64,000 bases of DNA from Octopus vulgaris (taxonomy: Eukaryota), in contig OX597832.1 in assembly GCA_951406725.2 (NCBI GenBank), positions 35,092,001 through 35,156,000 of the forward strand, in the 5' to 3' direction. Made by a program: the position numbers and the translations under genes. Under the pieces are notes generated by a model. That model was given only the letters and a program-made list of their open reading frames with translations, was not told the DNA's origin and made no database searches. Below are positions 1 through 12,684 of the stretch, one piece after another (the first letter of the stretch is position 1; every line of letters begins with the position of its first letter).

Positions 1-243
1 AGTCACAGTAACTTATTCAATAAGTATTCGGTTGATGTATACATTGGTCCCTCTTATGGAGCTCTATCATATTATTACCATCATGCTTAATGGTTTTCTA
101 ATAATTAATAGATATCTAGTTGTTAGGCCCGTAAAAACATACATTCCTTTTGTATTAGTACACAAGTGAGAGAAGGAAACCTGATTGTGAAGAAGGGGAT
201 TTTTTGTTATCTTTCTCAATCGTAATTTTATTCTGTTGTGCAG

Positions 244-388
244 AGAAGAACTTCCAGAAGAATGGGAATCAAAACTGGATAGTTTCCAGAAGATATTGAT
301 TCTGAAATGTCTTCGCTCAGACAAAGTAACAAATGCCATGCAAGACTTTGTAGCTAACAACCTTGGCCAGATGTTTATTGAACCTCAG
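244..388 (+). CDS. DNAH1: Axonemal dynein heavy chain (DNAH1-like), internal exon; gene starts upstream of the window
   Basis: CAG acceptor at 241-243, GT donor at 389. Encodes EELPEEWESKLDSFQKILILKCLRSDKVTNAMQDFVANNLGQMFIEPQ, matching the DNAH1 DKVTNAMQDFV..FIEPQ segment. Confidence 0.93.
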
Positions 389-460
389 GTTTGTGTTTTT
401 AGCTTCTAACCATGTTTTCCTATTAGTCTACTCATAACTATTGGTAATAACTTCTTTTAA

Positions 461-681
461 CCCTTTCGTTACCAACCCGGCTAAAACCGCCTCTGGCTCT
501 CTAGTACAAATGTCTTGTTTTCATAAGTTTTAAATTAAAATCTTTCACCAAACCTTAGTCACAATTTATGTTCCTAACACTAGCTTAATAATAACTAAGT
601 TATTTAAATAAATTCTTTGTTACATTTAAAATAATTGAAAGAAATACAGAGCATCTCAAAATAAATACGGTATTGAAAAGG
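461..681. mobile_element. piggyBac-like MITE
   Basis: TTAA on both flanks (457-460, 682-685). Imperfect TIRs CCCTTTCGTTACC / GGTATTGAAAAGG. Confidence 0.7.
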
Positions 682-851
682 TTAAAGTTTTATATTTTAA
701 ACTGTACTTGATTAGTATGCTTGACTAGTAATTGTATTATTATTACAAATAAGAGTTTGTTTTCAATGTCATGACATGTAAAAATCATAATTTTCATAAA
801 ATAATTTGCTCTAATATTTATCTTTATTAATGAATTTGTAATATATTTCAG

Positions 852-1010
852 ACATCCGATTTAGGTGTGGTTTATAAGGATTCTTCTCCAACAACTCCCC
901 TGATCTTTGTTTTGTCTCAAGGAACAGATCCAGCAGCAGATCTTTACAAATTTGCTGAAGAAATGAAATTTTCACGAAAAATGTCAGCCATTTCACTTGG
1001 CCAAGGCCAG
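852..1010 (+). CDS. DNAH1: DNAH1-like exon (AAA6 start)
   Basis: AG/GT bounded, phase 0/0. Encodes TSDLGVVYKDSSPTTPLIFVLSQGTDPAADLYKFAEEMKFSRKMSAISLGQGQ. Confidence 0.96.
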
Positions 1011-1483
1011 GTAAAATAGTAGTTTTTTAATATACTATTTGACTGACTAGTAGTTGGTCTCACTGACCAGTGGTTGATCTCACTGACCAAATGATTATGT
1101 CAGTGTGTCAATGGGTCACTGTGATACCATGCCATTGGATCTCTGTGTTACTCATGATACCAGTAGTAATCTTATCTGACCAATGGTCAGTTTGTTTGGC
1201 CTACAAATATGTGTCTCTGACTGACCAATAAATATCTGGATCTCATTGGCAGCAAAAATGATTTTTACAGACTGGTGAATATATGGTTCTCACTTAACGG
1301 TAGTGAGTGTCTTAAACCAGTGAATATATGTCTGTGTGTGTGTGTGGGGGGGGCAATGTCCAGTTGTATGTCTCATTCAATGAATTATATGTTTGATCCA
1401 ATATGTTTAGATAAGTAACACAGTTAATGTCAAGATCAGGTTTAGTTCCCACCTCTATTTGAAATCCATGTATTTAAGTCATT

Positions 1484-1782
1484 AATAATAATAATAATAA
1501 TAATAATGAAATGATTGTATACAGTGCTCAGGTGCAGCACAACTTGTCAAAAGTACATATAAAGCATATGTAGAGTAATGTACAAATGTCTGGAAAGTGA
1601 AGAGTGTATGAGTCAGATACATGCTTACGTGTGTATGGAGGGGAGAAAATCAGGTGTAGTGTTGGCGAATCTCAGAAAGCATGGAAGTTTTGAAGGATGC
1701 AGTGCTCCAACAGCTAACAACTGATGCTGGCAGTTTGTTCCATGCTTCAGCAACTCTCAGCGTGAAAAAATGTTTCTGAAAG
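1484..1782 (-). mobile_element. CR1-type LINE 3' fragment with (TTA)n tail
   Basis: Minus strand encodes FFTLRVAEAWNKLPASVVSCWSTASFK (CR1 C-terminal FF..RV...WN.LP..VV...FK motif), followed by a short UTR and (TTA)n. Confidence 0.7.
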
Positions 1783-1920
1783 AAACTTATGAGGAAACAG
1801 AAAATGCAAATTCTTATTGACTGTGAAATAGAAGCCTTATGTCAAAATTACAAATAAGCTCAATAAATATGTTCAATAGCTTTAAATATAAAACTTTGAG
1901 TATATTTCATATTTTCAAAG

Positions 1921-2052
1921 GGTCCACGGGCTGAAGCCATGATGCGTGCTGCTCAAGAGAGGGGCAAATGGGTTTTCTTTCAAAACTGCCATTTGGCTCC
2001 CAGTTGGATGCCATCACTTGAAAGATTGATAGAACTTATCGAACCTGACAAG
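1921..2052 (+). CDS. DNAH1: DNAH1-like exon
   Basis: AG/GT bounded. Encodes GPRAEAMMRAAQERGKWVFFQNCHLAPSWMPSLERLIELIEPDK. Confidence 0.96.
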
Positions 2053-3306
2053 GTATATTCAATTTTTGGTAAACATTGCTTGAAAATACAGGTGTTGCTT
2101 TAAGAAATGGAATGCCAGACCAGCTGATATTAAATATACTTTCCTTAACTTACAGTAACCCTTGATGAAAATCTTTGTTTTTTTGCTTTTAATACCCTCC
2201 AAAATTTTCCAGCCATCAACAGCAATTTGATATCCGTTAACTTGTAATGAAACTATCTTGAAATCCACCCCTCCCTTATCATTGTTCTCAATGACTTCCA
2301 AAATTTAACATTTACTTTACTGTTTTTTTTTGGTTTTTACTTTCCCATACTTACATAGCTGGACTAATTCCAAATAGGTTACACTATCTAATCACCTTTA
2401 CAACTTGGATTTACCTCATTGCCCACTTTTCTATTTTAAACTGTTATTTTTCTGCATAAATGATTTTTCTTTTATTTTGCTTTTACCTTTAAATACATTT
2501 TTCTAATAGATGCCAGCATTCTATATTCTTCAGTCACCCACATCTAACATTAACTTCTCACAGTGTACTGCTGAGCTTTCACTTCTGCTCCAAGTTCTAA
2601 GACTTAAATATTGCAAACTCTGAGATGTCATCTGCATGAAATACTATAGCTAACTTAGATTTAATTTAATATTTAATAGAGGGAAATCTGTCTTAGACTC
2701 TGACAATTTTTTCCATTTTGTCCTATCTTCTAAATCTATCCATTGCCACAAACCCCTTTACTCTCATTTCCTTTTTTCACCGTTTTCCTCTTTCCCTGCT
2801 TCCTTCCACATTTATCTCCATTACTTCTTCTTTCATTTTCATTTCACATGGTCCAATAATATCATTCCATTTTTGTTTGCTAAATTTCTTCCTGCCTTTA
2901 TCCCCTTTATTCCCTTTATCCTCAACTATTGTTTTATTTTCTATTACAGCAATATTCATTGATTAATCCATTCTCATTTCCATTCTTTCCAGTATTTCTC
3001 TCTTTTCTCTTATTTTTTCATTGCACCATGTTATAACTCACATCTCACACATGACATCATCTTTTCTTTTCTTTCATTCATATACTTCAGTGCTGAATAA
3101 GACTGACACGTGTCCAGAGTTGTCTCCCATACCTCTTGAACTTAAAAAAAATTTATCACTACTTAATCTTTAATTTATAACTTATAAATGCCTACATTTA
3201 TACTAACTCAGGTATATTTGATGCTTGCTTTTTTGGGGGGCAACTAACACATAGCTAAAACTCTATCCATCTAAATACAGTTTTTGCATCTTCTATCAAG
3301 TCCCTT

Positions 3307-3308
<2 letters not shown>

Positions 3309-3339
<31 letters not shown>

Positions 3340-6275
3340 ATAACGTCCATTGTCCATGTTGCTCACTCCCATGTTTTCCTGGATCTACCTCTACCACAGT
3401 TAGGGATCGGTACTTCTTTACACTGCTGCCCTCATCCATAAGCATCATATCACCATATCAACATATTCGTCTCTCTTACACATCTGATGCCTCTTACACC
3501 TAACTTTTCTCTCAAGATGCTTACACTCTGTTGAACATACACACTGACATTGAAGCATGCTGGCTTCATTTCTTTCAAGCCTACACATGTCCTTAACTGT
3601 CACAGCCCATATTTCACTGCCATGTAGCTTAGCTGTTTACAAACAGGCATCATACAATCTACCTTTCACTCTGAGAGAGAGGCCCTTTGTTGCTAGCAGA
3701 GACAGGAGCTCTCTAAACTTTGCCCAGCCTAATCTTATTCTGACAGCTATGCTCTCGGAGCATCCACCTCCACTCCTAACTTGATCACCTAGGTAACGGA
3801 AGCTATCTACTACTTCTAGCTTACCCCCATAGCAGTTGATGGAGTCTATTTTCTGCACATATTTGGTATTTATCGTACATGTGCATCTGTCACACACAAA
3901 AACTATTTTCCCTGTTAACTTCCCTCTGATATTACTTCACCTTTTATGTGTTCAAAGCTTACACTGGGTGCATCTTATGGAGTTTCTACTTAAACATTTT
4001 CTACAAATGAAGCAGGGCCACCTATTTGAAGGGACTTGTGATTTGCCTACCTTCCAACTTAATAAGATTTTGGTTTTTGCTAGGTTAACTCTAAGGTCCT
4101 TTGATTCTAGACCTTTCTTCCATACCTGGAACTTCTCTAGTTCTGGTAGTGATTCAGCTATCAGAACAAGGTCATCAGCATAGAGGAGCTCCTAGGGGCA
4201 GCCTGTCTTGAATTTCTCTGTTATTGTCTGGAAGACTATGATGAACAAGAGGGAGCTTAGACCAATCTTTCATGAACCCCTACTTGTACCCTGAACTCTT
4301 TGCAGTACTCGTTGCCAATCCTCACCTTACTGGTAGCATTTCTGTAAATGACTTGTACAGCTCTCACTAACCACTTGTCTATCTCTAGTTTCTGCATTGA
4401 CCACCAGATAAGGGACCAGGGGACTCTGTCGAAAGCTTTCTCCAAGTCAACAAAAGCAAAGTTCAGAGGTTTATTTGTGGCTATATATTTCCCCTGCAAC
4501 TGCCTTACCAGAAATTTAGCATCAGTGGTGCTTCTATCTGGCACAAAACCAAACTGCATCTCATCTACACTAATTCTCTCTCTAATTAATTGGGCTATGA
4601 CTCTCTCCATAATTTCCATCACCTGATCCAACAATCTGATACCTCTATAATTATTTCTATCCAAAGTATCACCTTTACCTTTTTAGTACTTGACTATGGT
4701 GTGCTACACCAGTTATTGGGTGGGTATGACTCCTTTGTGGATCACCTGATTTACAATACGGGTGACAAAACCATAACTTACACCGCTAGATATTTTAAGC
4801 ATCTCAGTGGTGATTCCTGAAGGACTGGGGTCCTTAATTGCTTTATCTACTAAGGTACTGTCATTTCGGGTAGGAAGTCCCTCAATTGGTTCAACATTTG
4901 ACAGACTCTCCTCCTCCCATTCATTCTCCACATTCAGCAGTCTTTCATAATGGCATCTCCAAGCCTCTTTTGTTGCAGAATCACTAAATGAAAGTGCACC
5001 ATCATCCATGCAGACACATCACAATTTTCTCTCACACACTGTCTTGCAATCCGGAACACTTCAATTCTTTGGTCCTCACATCACTAAACATTGGCAGACT
5101 TACTCTTTTATGCTTCTCCTTTGGCTAGATATACCTGTCTCCTAGCTTTTCTGGCTATCTGACATAGCTCCCTGCTACCCCTACTCTTCCAGGTCTTCCA
5201 GACTTGTTTCTTTGCTCTAATGGCCCTGTCTACAGCAACATTCTACCACTATGTAACCCTAGGTCTGGTTGGGACTTTGCACCATCCGAAGATTTAGTCT
5301 GTGGCATTCAGCAAGCTGTCCTGCAGGAATTCCCAGTTGCCCTCTATGTTACAACTCTATAACACTTCTTGCTCTCATCAAATTTCTCATGTAGGATGTC
5401 CCTAAATCTCTACCCATATAAAGGGTCTTTAATCTTTCAAATCCTTCTTTTCCAAATTGGTCTGCTTCTTGGCATCCTTCTGGCCAGAGTCTAAAGGTCA
5501 CTAATGACTAGTCTATGCTGAGGATCCATTCTTCACCAGGAAGGTTTTTCGTATTTAGGAGCAACCATGCATCCTGCTGCCTGGTGAGAATATAATTGAT
5601 CTGGCTGGTGTAGCCATCTGGTTGGTAGGTTATCAGGGGGCTGGTCAGCTTCCTGAAGCTGGTGTTGCAGATCAATAGGTTATTTGCATCACAAAACTCC
5701 AGCAACTTTGTTCCTTCTTCATTTTGGGAACCAATTCTATGGCTCCCATGTACCCCATGGGAAATACGGGGCTGCTGTCTGACATTCCCATTGAAATCCC
5801 CAGCCATGAAGATGATATCCTTGTCATTCATCTTAAAGGTAGCTGCAGAAGAATATCATAACAATGGTCCCTCTGAGCAATTGATAGGCCTGCTTGAGGG
5901 GCATAGGCAGAGATAATTGATGCTATGCTATCCTGCAAGACTAGCTTGAGCTTAAGCACTCTATCGCTCACTCTGACTAGCATCTATAACTTTATCCACC
6001 CATTTCTCTGCAAGAAGTATACCGACACCACCTACCCCATCACTGTGACCTTCCCAGATTTTATACTTAAGTGTCTTGCCTGTGAGAAACCTGGCTGAAG
6101 TGAAGCTACACCTTACCTCTTGGATACAGCGTGCATCAACATGCCTCTGTTCAAGCATCTCGACAATCTTGCTAAACCCACCTTTCAATATGCCTACATT
6201 AACAGTGCCAACCCTGAGAACTGGGAGAAGGGTGCAGGAGCAGACATAGGCAGGAGAGATGGCATTGGGCACCTG
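3309..6275 (-). mobile_element. Near full-length degenerate RTE-clade LINE (APE endonuclease + RT) with (GAT)n tail
   Basis: Fragmented ORFs. APE motifs VGTVNV, CIQEVR, GVGGVGILL, AGDFNG. RT motifs NYRGIRLL, FVDLEKAFDRVP and ELLYADDLV (~4166-4192). C-terminal GRGRSRKTW. (CAT)n on + at 3309-3338. Confidence 0.92.
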
Positions 6276-8022
6276 TAAAGAAGGTTTCAGTGATCATTTG
6301 GTAACAAACATTCCATATCAGTTGGTTTCACTTTAACTTACCATCATTCAAACATGTTAAAATCGTTGTCTCTGTTGGTGGTGAGTAGTGTTGTAAATAT
6401 AAGCATTACTGCTGCAAATGTAAATAGGTTAATGTATAAATTAATTATATAAATGATCTTCTATTGGTTAGTCCTTTATATACAGAGAGTAAGAGGTAGG
6501 TGGTTTGTTAATTTGCTAATAATTTACTAAGTAACATATCACCTTTTGGTGCATGCAGTAGTAGTGTGGGCAATTGTTGGTGGCAGGAAGGGATGAAGGT
6601 ATGCAAATCTTTTGGTAGAGAATCAAGGTAGAACCCTGTAAGGGTTTCCAGTATTGAGGATAGATTTCTGGTATAGATGGTGTTTGCATCAGAGGCAAGC
6701 AATGATCAATTTAAATCAGGAGTGTTTACGAATGGGAGAAACATAGCAAACCTGTCTGGGCTAAAATTACAAAACTTAATACACAAAATACAAAACAACA
6801 GAATACAAGACAATATAATTCGCATCATTCTACTTTGGGTACATATTTTATTCATGTCTACCTTTATAAAGAAATAGAAGTACTGAAAATGAAAGATCAC
6901 TTAAACATGCCATATGAGATACACAGTTTTGTTGCTACAGCTAACCCTAACCCTCACAGTCCCTGTTTCTACGTGTACAATTAACCCGAAGAATATCGGC
7001 ACATCTGCCACACCTACAACCCAACGGTGAGGTATCTACTCAGTTGCTTGACCAGCTAATAATCAATCTCCCTTAAATCCCTATTCCTGTTTTAAAACAT
7101 GGCATTGTGCATTTGATAATGTAGTTCTATAAAGACAATGTCTGAAAGAAAAGATGAAATGGCCATGGCTGGAATGCCATTTCATAAACTGACTCAATTT
7201 GAAATGATCAGTGTTTTAACACCACTATCCCCACTACTTAACATCTGTTAAAACACCATAGACAATCAAAAAAAATACAGAAAAAAGCCATTATACCCCT
7301 ATAGGCCTTGAATAACTTACTAGCATTGTTGAGAGACTCAACAATCCCAGACGAACATAAGTTATCACATCTCACTTATTTGCTTCCGTCACTAATATCT
7401 ACATGCTTACAAAAGAAGACACTTTGTCATATTGTACCTTATTTAACAAACCCCTGTATACTGAGTGCACAGTGTTGTCCTTAACTAGGTGAAAGCATGG
7501 TTTATTGAGCACTAGATTTATTGATTTTTATTCAATAGTTCAACAGACCACTAACATTTCATAGGTATGTTCAACCAAAGTTAACAAGGCCTATACAATA
7601 GCAGTGGCCCCATCACCCACACCTCTGTCTTTTAGCTTCTGGTTTTTCTCCATTGCAACATCACATTATGTTTCCATTTAGCCACTAACCTGCTGCAACA
7701 ATTCAAACTAAACACTAGCAACTTAAAAACCATCCTGTTTCCACTAAATAATAGTGTCTTACCCTAGAATAACATTGAAACATTAGAAATGCTGGCTTTA
7801 CTTCAATAAACAATGAAGTGAATCTTGAAGGATTAAGCTTATCTTTAATTATTTACAGTTTTCTTTAAGAATAATGCCAATTAAAATTGTTTACTGTATG
7901 TATTGTTGGAAAATAGTAGATTGTAGTCACTTAGTAGTGAGTGGTCAGTTTCTCTCTTGAAGACTAGGAAGGGATAACATGTTAGCACTTCTTTTAAGTT
8001 TAAAATCATTTCCTATTTTCAG

Positions 8023-8196
8023 GTACATCGTGATTTCCGACTTTGGCTAACCAGCATGCCAAGCACCAGTTTCCCTGTGTTTATCCTTCAAAACAGTTCC
8101 AAAATGACAGTGGAACCACCAAAAGGCATTAAAGCAAATCTTTTAAAATCCTATATGTCAATTAATGATGATTACTTGAATTCATTGGCAGAAAAG
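8023..8196 (+). CDS. DNAH1: DNAH1-like exon
   Basis: AG/GT bounded. Encodes [44 protein letters not shown]...EK. Confidence 0.96.
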
Positions 8197-9206
8197 GTAT
8201 CTGTACTTAATAAATTTTTCCTTATGAATGGGTTCGTTCTTCTAGATATATACAACTGACTAAACACTTAAATCTAGCTATATTATTATTCTCAGTAGCC
8301 AAGGGACTTATATATATTAAAAACAAAAGCAAAAAAAAAACAGTAGAACACATTCAGAGAGGTTGGACAATCATTGCGTTGATGATGGCTATTGAACCAG
8401 TGCCACAACCATTATCTCATTTCCAGACAATAAACTTTTCCTTTTCTTTAATGGCATCTCATCTTTGGAGAAATTCGTGACTCCTCAGATTATCTCTCCT
8501 TCCCAAGTGAATCTGGTCTTAATTGCTATTTGGTAATTAGGAGACATACTCTAGAGGCAGAGGGGATAAGTTTCATAAATCAAGAATATATGTTGTATAG
8601 TATTTGATACACCTGTATTTGTTTCACTCTCTTTCTCTCTCTCTCTTTCTCTTTTGCTCTCTCTCCCTTTGTAGGGATAAGCAAGTTGGACAGATCAATA
8701 TATAAAGTGTATTAAATACATGAAATAAAAACAAAAATATAAATATGTTTACATACAAAAAGGTCCAACTTACGCAGAATACAAACGATGTAGAAAATTA
8801 AAGAGGTTGAAGTATTACAAACCCAACAGCTGTTTCTGTGGGTTTGGTGGGGTCCCAAATAATATCCCTACATTTACTTCTATACTCACTCAAGTCTAAA
8901 TCTCTTGAGCACTATTAAGTGTATTCTAAATGGAGAATATCTGATTATCATCTATGAACTATATATATAATTATTATTTAAGGGAATGTTATTCCTAACT
9001 TACAGGGAAAAATTTAATTTAGAAATACTAAATCAAATTTCACAAAATATAATATATATATAAAAATTAGAAAAAAACACCTATTATCAATTCAAAATGA
9101 ACAATTAAATTATACCATCTAGAAAATTACATATAATAGAAATATTAAAAATAAAATAACAATAAAATACCAATGATTAAGTAAATTGCAAAAAAATAAT
9201 AAAAAC

Positions 9207-9263
<57 letters not shown>

Positions 9264-9266
<3 letters not shown>

Positions 9267-10040
9267 GGTACGTAAGATATTTGAGGATAGATTTATATTT
9301 ATAAAAAAACAGATATGTAATAAGATAATAACTTGATTTATCAAAAAATGCTATGAGGGAAAAAATAAACCTTCTTTTCTATAATGTTATTCAATAAAAG
9401 CCAGCTTCAGCTTTAACTACTGCTTCTATATGGGATTTAAGTCATGTACATGCTTGAATCAAACTGGTCCTGGTTCATTTGGGACATTACTCTGACTATG
9501 GCAGCTTTCAAAGAATCTTTGGTGTTATGGGGCGTTCATTGACCTCTCTCTCAACAATGCTCCACATGGATTGAGATCTGAGAAATTAGCAAGCCAAATG
9601 TTAGAGGTTATGGGATCATCAAAAAATTTTCAGCCATCCATTCCTGTGTTACTGGAGCCATGTGTGATAGTGCAGAGTCTTACTGAAACACATATGGCCT
9701 TCCATTGCATACAGGGCTTAACAATTATTTCCAGGACCTCAATGTAGGCAGCAGAGTTAATTTTAGGGTTTTGTGGAAAGAAGTAAGGAAGTATTACATG
9801 TCATTCATTGCTAACCACCCCTAAAACCATGATAGTTGCAGGAATTTTTTCTATCCATAACACTTGGAACTTCAGAAGGGTCTGCACATAACCATCTGTC
9901 ATTTCTTCTGTTAACTTTTTGATCTTGGTCGAGGTTTTTCTCATTTGAGAAAAATTAAATCAAATCTTCTGTTGAATTTTTCATTTTGTTTAAGAGCCTT
10001 TTACATCTGATGTAGTGATATTCTTTTACTTTTTCTAACA
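9264..10040 (-). mobile_element. Degenerate Tc1/mariner-superfamily transposon fragment
   Basis: Minus strand: FFSNEK, RPYVFQ*DSALSH...TQEWM, FSDLNP..WSIVEREVNERPHNTKDSLKAAIVR. Terminus CAGGGT directly after (TA)n. Confidence 0.75.
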
Positions 10041-10067
10041 AACTAGAGATTTTAGTTGGAGGAAGGG

Positions 10068-10611
10068 GTCTAACCAGTGCACTTATGCATGCCTTTCTTT
10101 CATTAGACACTAAACTCTGCTTGCGAAGACCTGTTGAGGCAAGTGAAATCAAAATCAAATTCAATGACTGGCATCTGTACTAGTAGAGTGCTAAGAGTAC
10201 CATACAAGTGAGATCGTTGCCAGAGCAACAAGCTGGCCTCCGAGCCGATGGCATGTTTAAAAACACCATTCGAGCATGGTCATTACCTGCGTTGTCTTAC
10301 TAGCACTTGTGCTGGTGGCACATGAAAAAAAACATTCGAGCGAGGTCATTGCCAGTGCTGCTGGACTGGCTCTTGTGCAGGTGGCACATAAAAAGCACCA
10401 TTTAAGCATGGCCGTTGTCAGTACTGTCTGACTGGCCCTCGTGCCGGTGACACTTAAAAGCACCCACTACACTCTCGGAGTGGTTGGCGTTAGGAAAGGT
10501 AACTAGCTGTAGAAACTCTGCCAGATCAGATTGGAGTCTGGTGCAGCCATCTGGTTCACCAGACCTCAGTCAAATCGTCCAACCCATGCCAGCATGGAAA
10601 GCAGACGTTAA

Positions 10612-10641
<30 letters not shown>
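10068..10641 (+). mobile_element. RTE 3'-end-derived element with tandem structured units and (GAT)n tail
   Basis: Repeated GTGCNGGTGGCAC-TAAAAAG-CACC units. Conserved end CACTCTCGGAGTGGTTGGCGTTAGGAA...CCATGCCAGCATGGAAAGCAGACGTTAAAT(GAT)n. Confidence 0.85.
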
Positions 10642-10643
<2 letters not shown>

Positions 10644-11234
10644 GGGAATTTTTTTTCACAATTTCTATAGTATTTAAGTGTAAAATTGTAAAGCTGCAAG
10701 AGTGTTTTTTCATATTTTATATTAGTGGGGTGGTTTATGGTACAGGTGGATAGAACAGGGTTGATAGGATATCAGCAAGTTTAGCTATTAGAAAAGATTA
10801 CTGGTTTGAAGGGTTTTAGTGTTTTTAAGATGTTATGCCTGAATGAAGAGACTGTTCAGTGTTTCAGTTCAGGGTTTGATCCATAAATGTCAGAATGTTT
10901 GAGGTATCATTTGTACAAACTTGGCAGAGTTTGTTATTACCTTGGTATAGTTGTGTGTGCGAGAGTATTTTCCACTTGATGCTAAACAGAGTATGTGTGT
11001 GTGTATGAGAGAGAGAGAGATAAAAGTTCAATTAGAAGTTAAATAAGCCTCATTAACGGATAATGATATCCAATGAATTTACTGGTTTATTACCTACTAT
11101 TCGTTTTGAATATTAATTTTAATACTCAAAAATAGGTAATTAAATAAACCAAGGTTTATATTTATTTATTTAAAAAGAAAATACAAATAAATCAATTAAT
11201 GATTATATTTATTAATTATAAAAGTAGACATAAT

Positions 11235-11314
11235 CTCTGACTGCTGTTTTGATTCAGACTTTAAAAATTTAATTAAAGTAATTAAATCATTATGAACTTG
11301 AATCTCATCAGAGG
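11235..11314 (-). ncRNA. Degenerate type I hammerhead ribozyme (Penelope pLTR-like)
   Basis: Minus strand: CCT CTGATGA GATTCA-(long loop)-TGAATC AAAAC AGCA GTC AGAG. The GAAA core reads AAAA. Confidence 0.5.
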
Positions 11315-11784
11315 TAGAAACAAAAGATATACCATTACATTTTTATGTTTTTATGTGTTAAGTATGTAGAGCATTTCAGCTCAGTGAGTATTGTTTTATA
11401 GAAAAATTTGGTATAGACCTTGTAAAGGGGAGAAAGGAAGGATATTTAGAGAAATAGACATAAACTATAACATAATATACTCTGGGTAATCGTTAAAAAG
11501 TATAGAGATATATAATAATTATTCTTGTATTTAAGTATCATATTAATATTAGGGTAAATATGTTTATAAACATTTGAAGCAGCTGTCCCTTTGATTTTCT
11601 TCAAGATATTCCCCCAAAGCAACTATATTTGATCTGTTATGTTTTCACTTGATAGAAGTTTTGCTGAGGAAGTTCCACCAATGTGATTTGTCTTGATGTT
11701 TAGACATATATTCAATAACAAAAGGGGATTCTTTTTATTGACCTCAGAACAGTTTTTTTTTTGTTTTTTGGGATGGCATTGTAT

Positions 11785-11932
11785 ATTACATTATTTACAT
11801 TTGACAGATATTTGTCCTTATCTTGTTTGTTGTTAACACAACGTTTCAGCTGATATACTTTCCAGCTTTCATCAGGTGTCTTAGGGAAATTTTGAACCTA
11901 GGTTCTCATTCCTAAGGTATTTTTCGATGTTG

Positions 11933-11977
<45 letters not shown>

Positions 11978-12578
11978 TTATTATTATTATTGTTAATATT
12001 ATTATTAATATTTATTATTATTATTATTATTAATATTTATTATTATTATTATTATTATTATTTTTTTTTTTTTTATTATTATTATTAATATTATTAATTA
12101 TTAATATTATTATTATTTTTATTATTATTATTATTATTATTGAGTGAGAGAGCAGTGCATGCCATCAAAGTGACACTGGGGTAAAATATACGAAACCCAG
12201 TATACCCATCTTGACTACCAGTCTGATAAGGGTACACCAAGCACATGCATCACAACCATATGTGCCTTGCAGGTGAGGCCCAGTTAGAATTTTCTTCTGG
12301 TTGAGTAGCCAATCCCGCTCAAAAGGTCCCTGAATAAAGATTGTTTAAGGATGTTGAACGAACCACCCATGTTTCCAAAGGTTAATTATCCAAACCTCCA
12401 AGAATCCCTCTCAACACATGGCTATGATGCTGCCCCACTACTTCTGCTCCTGATCAGAGATGCACATATCGTCAGCCAGTAAGAGACATGCTCAACTGGT
12501 TAAGGTCAAACAACTGACAAGCAAATCTGTGGTATTGAGCAGAATATTTGCTGTAGTCCATCTTTTATACCAAGACAA

Positions 12579-12626
<48 letters not shown>

Positions 12627-12627
12627 C

Positions 12628-12658
<31 letters not shown>

Positions 12659-12684
12659 TCACTGCCTGGAATCGAACTCGGAAT
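11785..12684 (-). mobile_element. SINE-like element (B-box head, (AAT)n, hammerhead-bearing tail), interrupted by a ~435-bp insert at 12142-12577
   Basis: Minus strand: CCGAGTTCGATTCCAGGCAGTGACCTG (B box), then (AAT)n, then CATCGAAAAATACCTTAGGAATGAG and a hammerhead motif. Confidence 0.55.
11836..11879 (-). ncRNA. Minimal type I hammerhead ribozyme
   Basis: Minus strand: ACAC CTGATGA A AGCTG GAAAGTATAT CAGCT GAAA CGT T GTGT. Stem I ACAC/GTGT, both core boxes intact, stem II AGCTG/CAGCT, palindromic ACGT stem III. Confidence 0.75.

Noticed and set aside
1040-1330. Degenerate ~20-bp CTCACTGACCAGTGG repeats
   Set aside because: A decayed intronic minisatellite with no consistent period or structure.
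6941-6954. CTAACCCTAACCCT telomere-like motif (also at ~26312-26323)
   Set aside because: Only about two units, too short to call an interstitial telomere.
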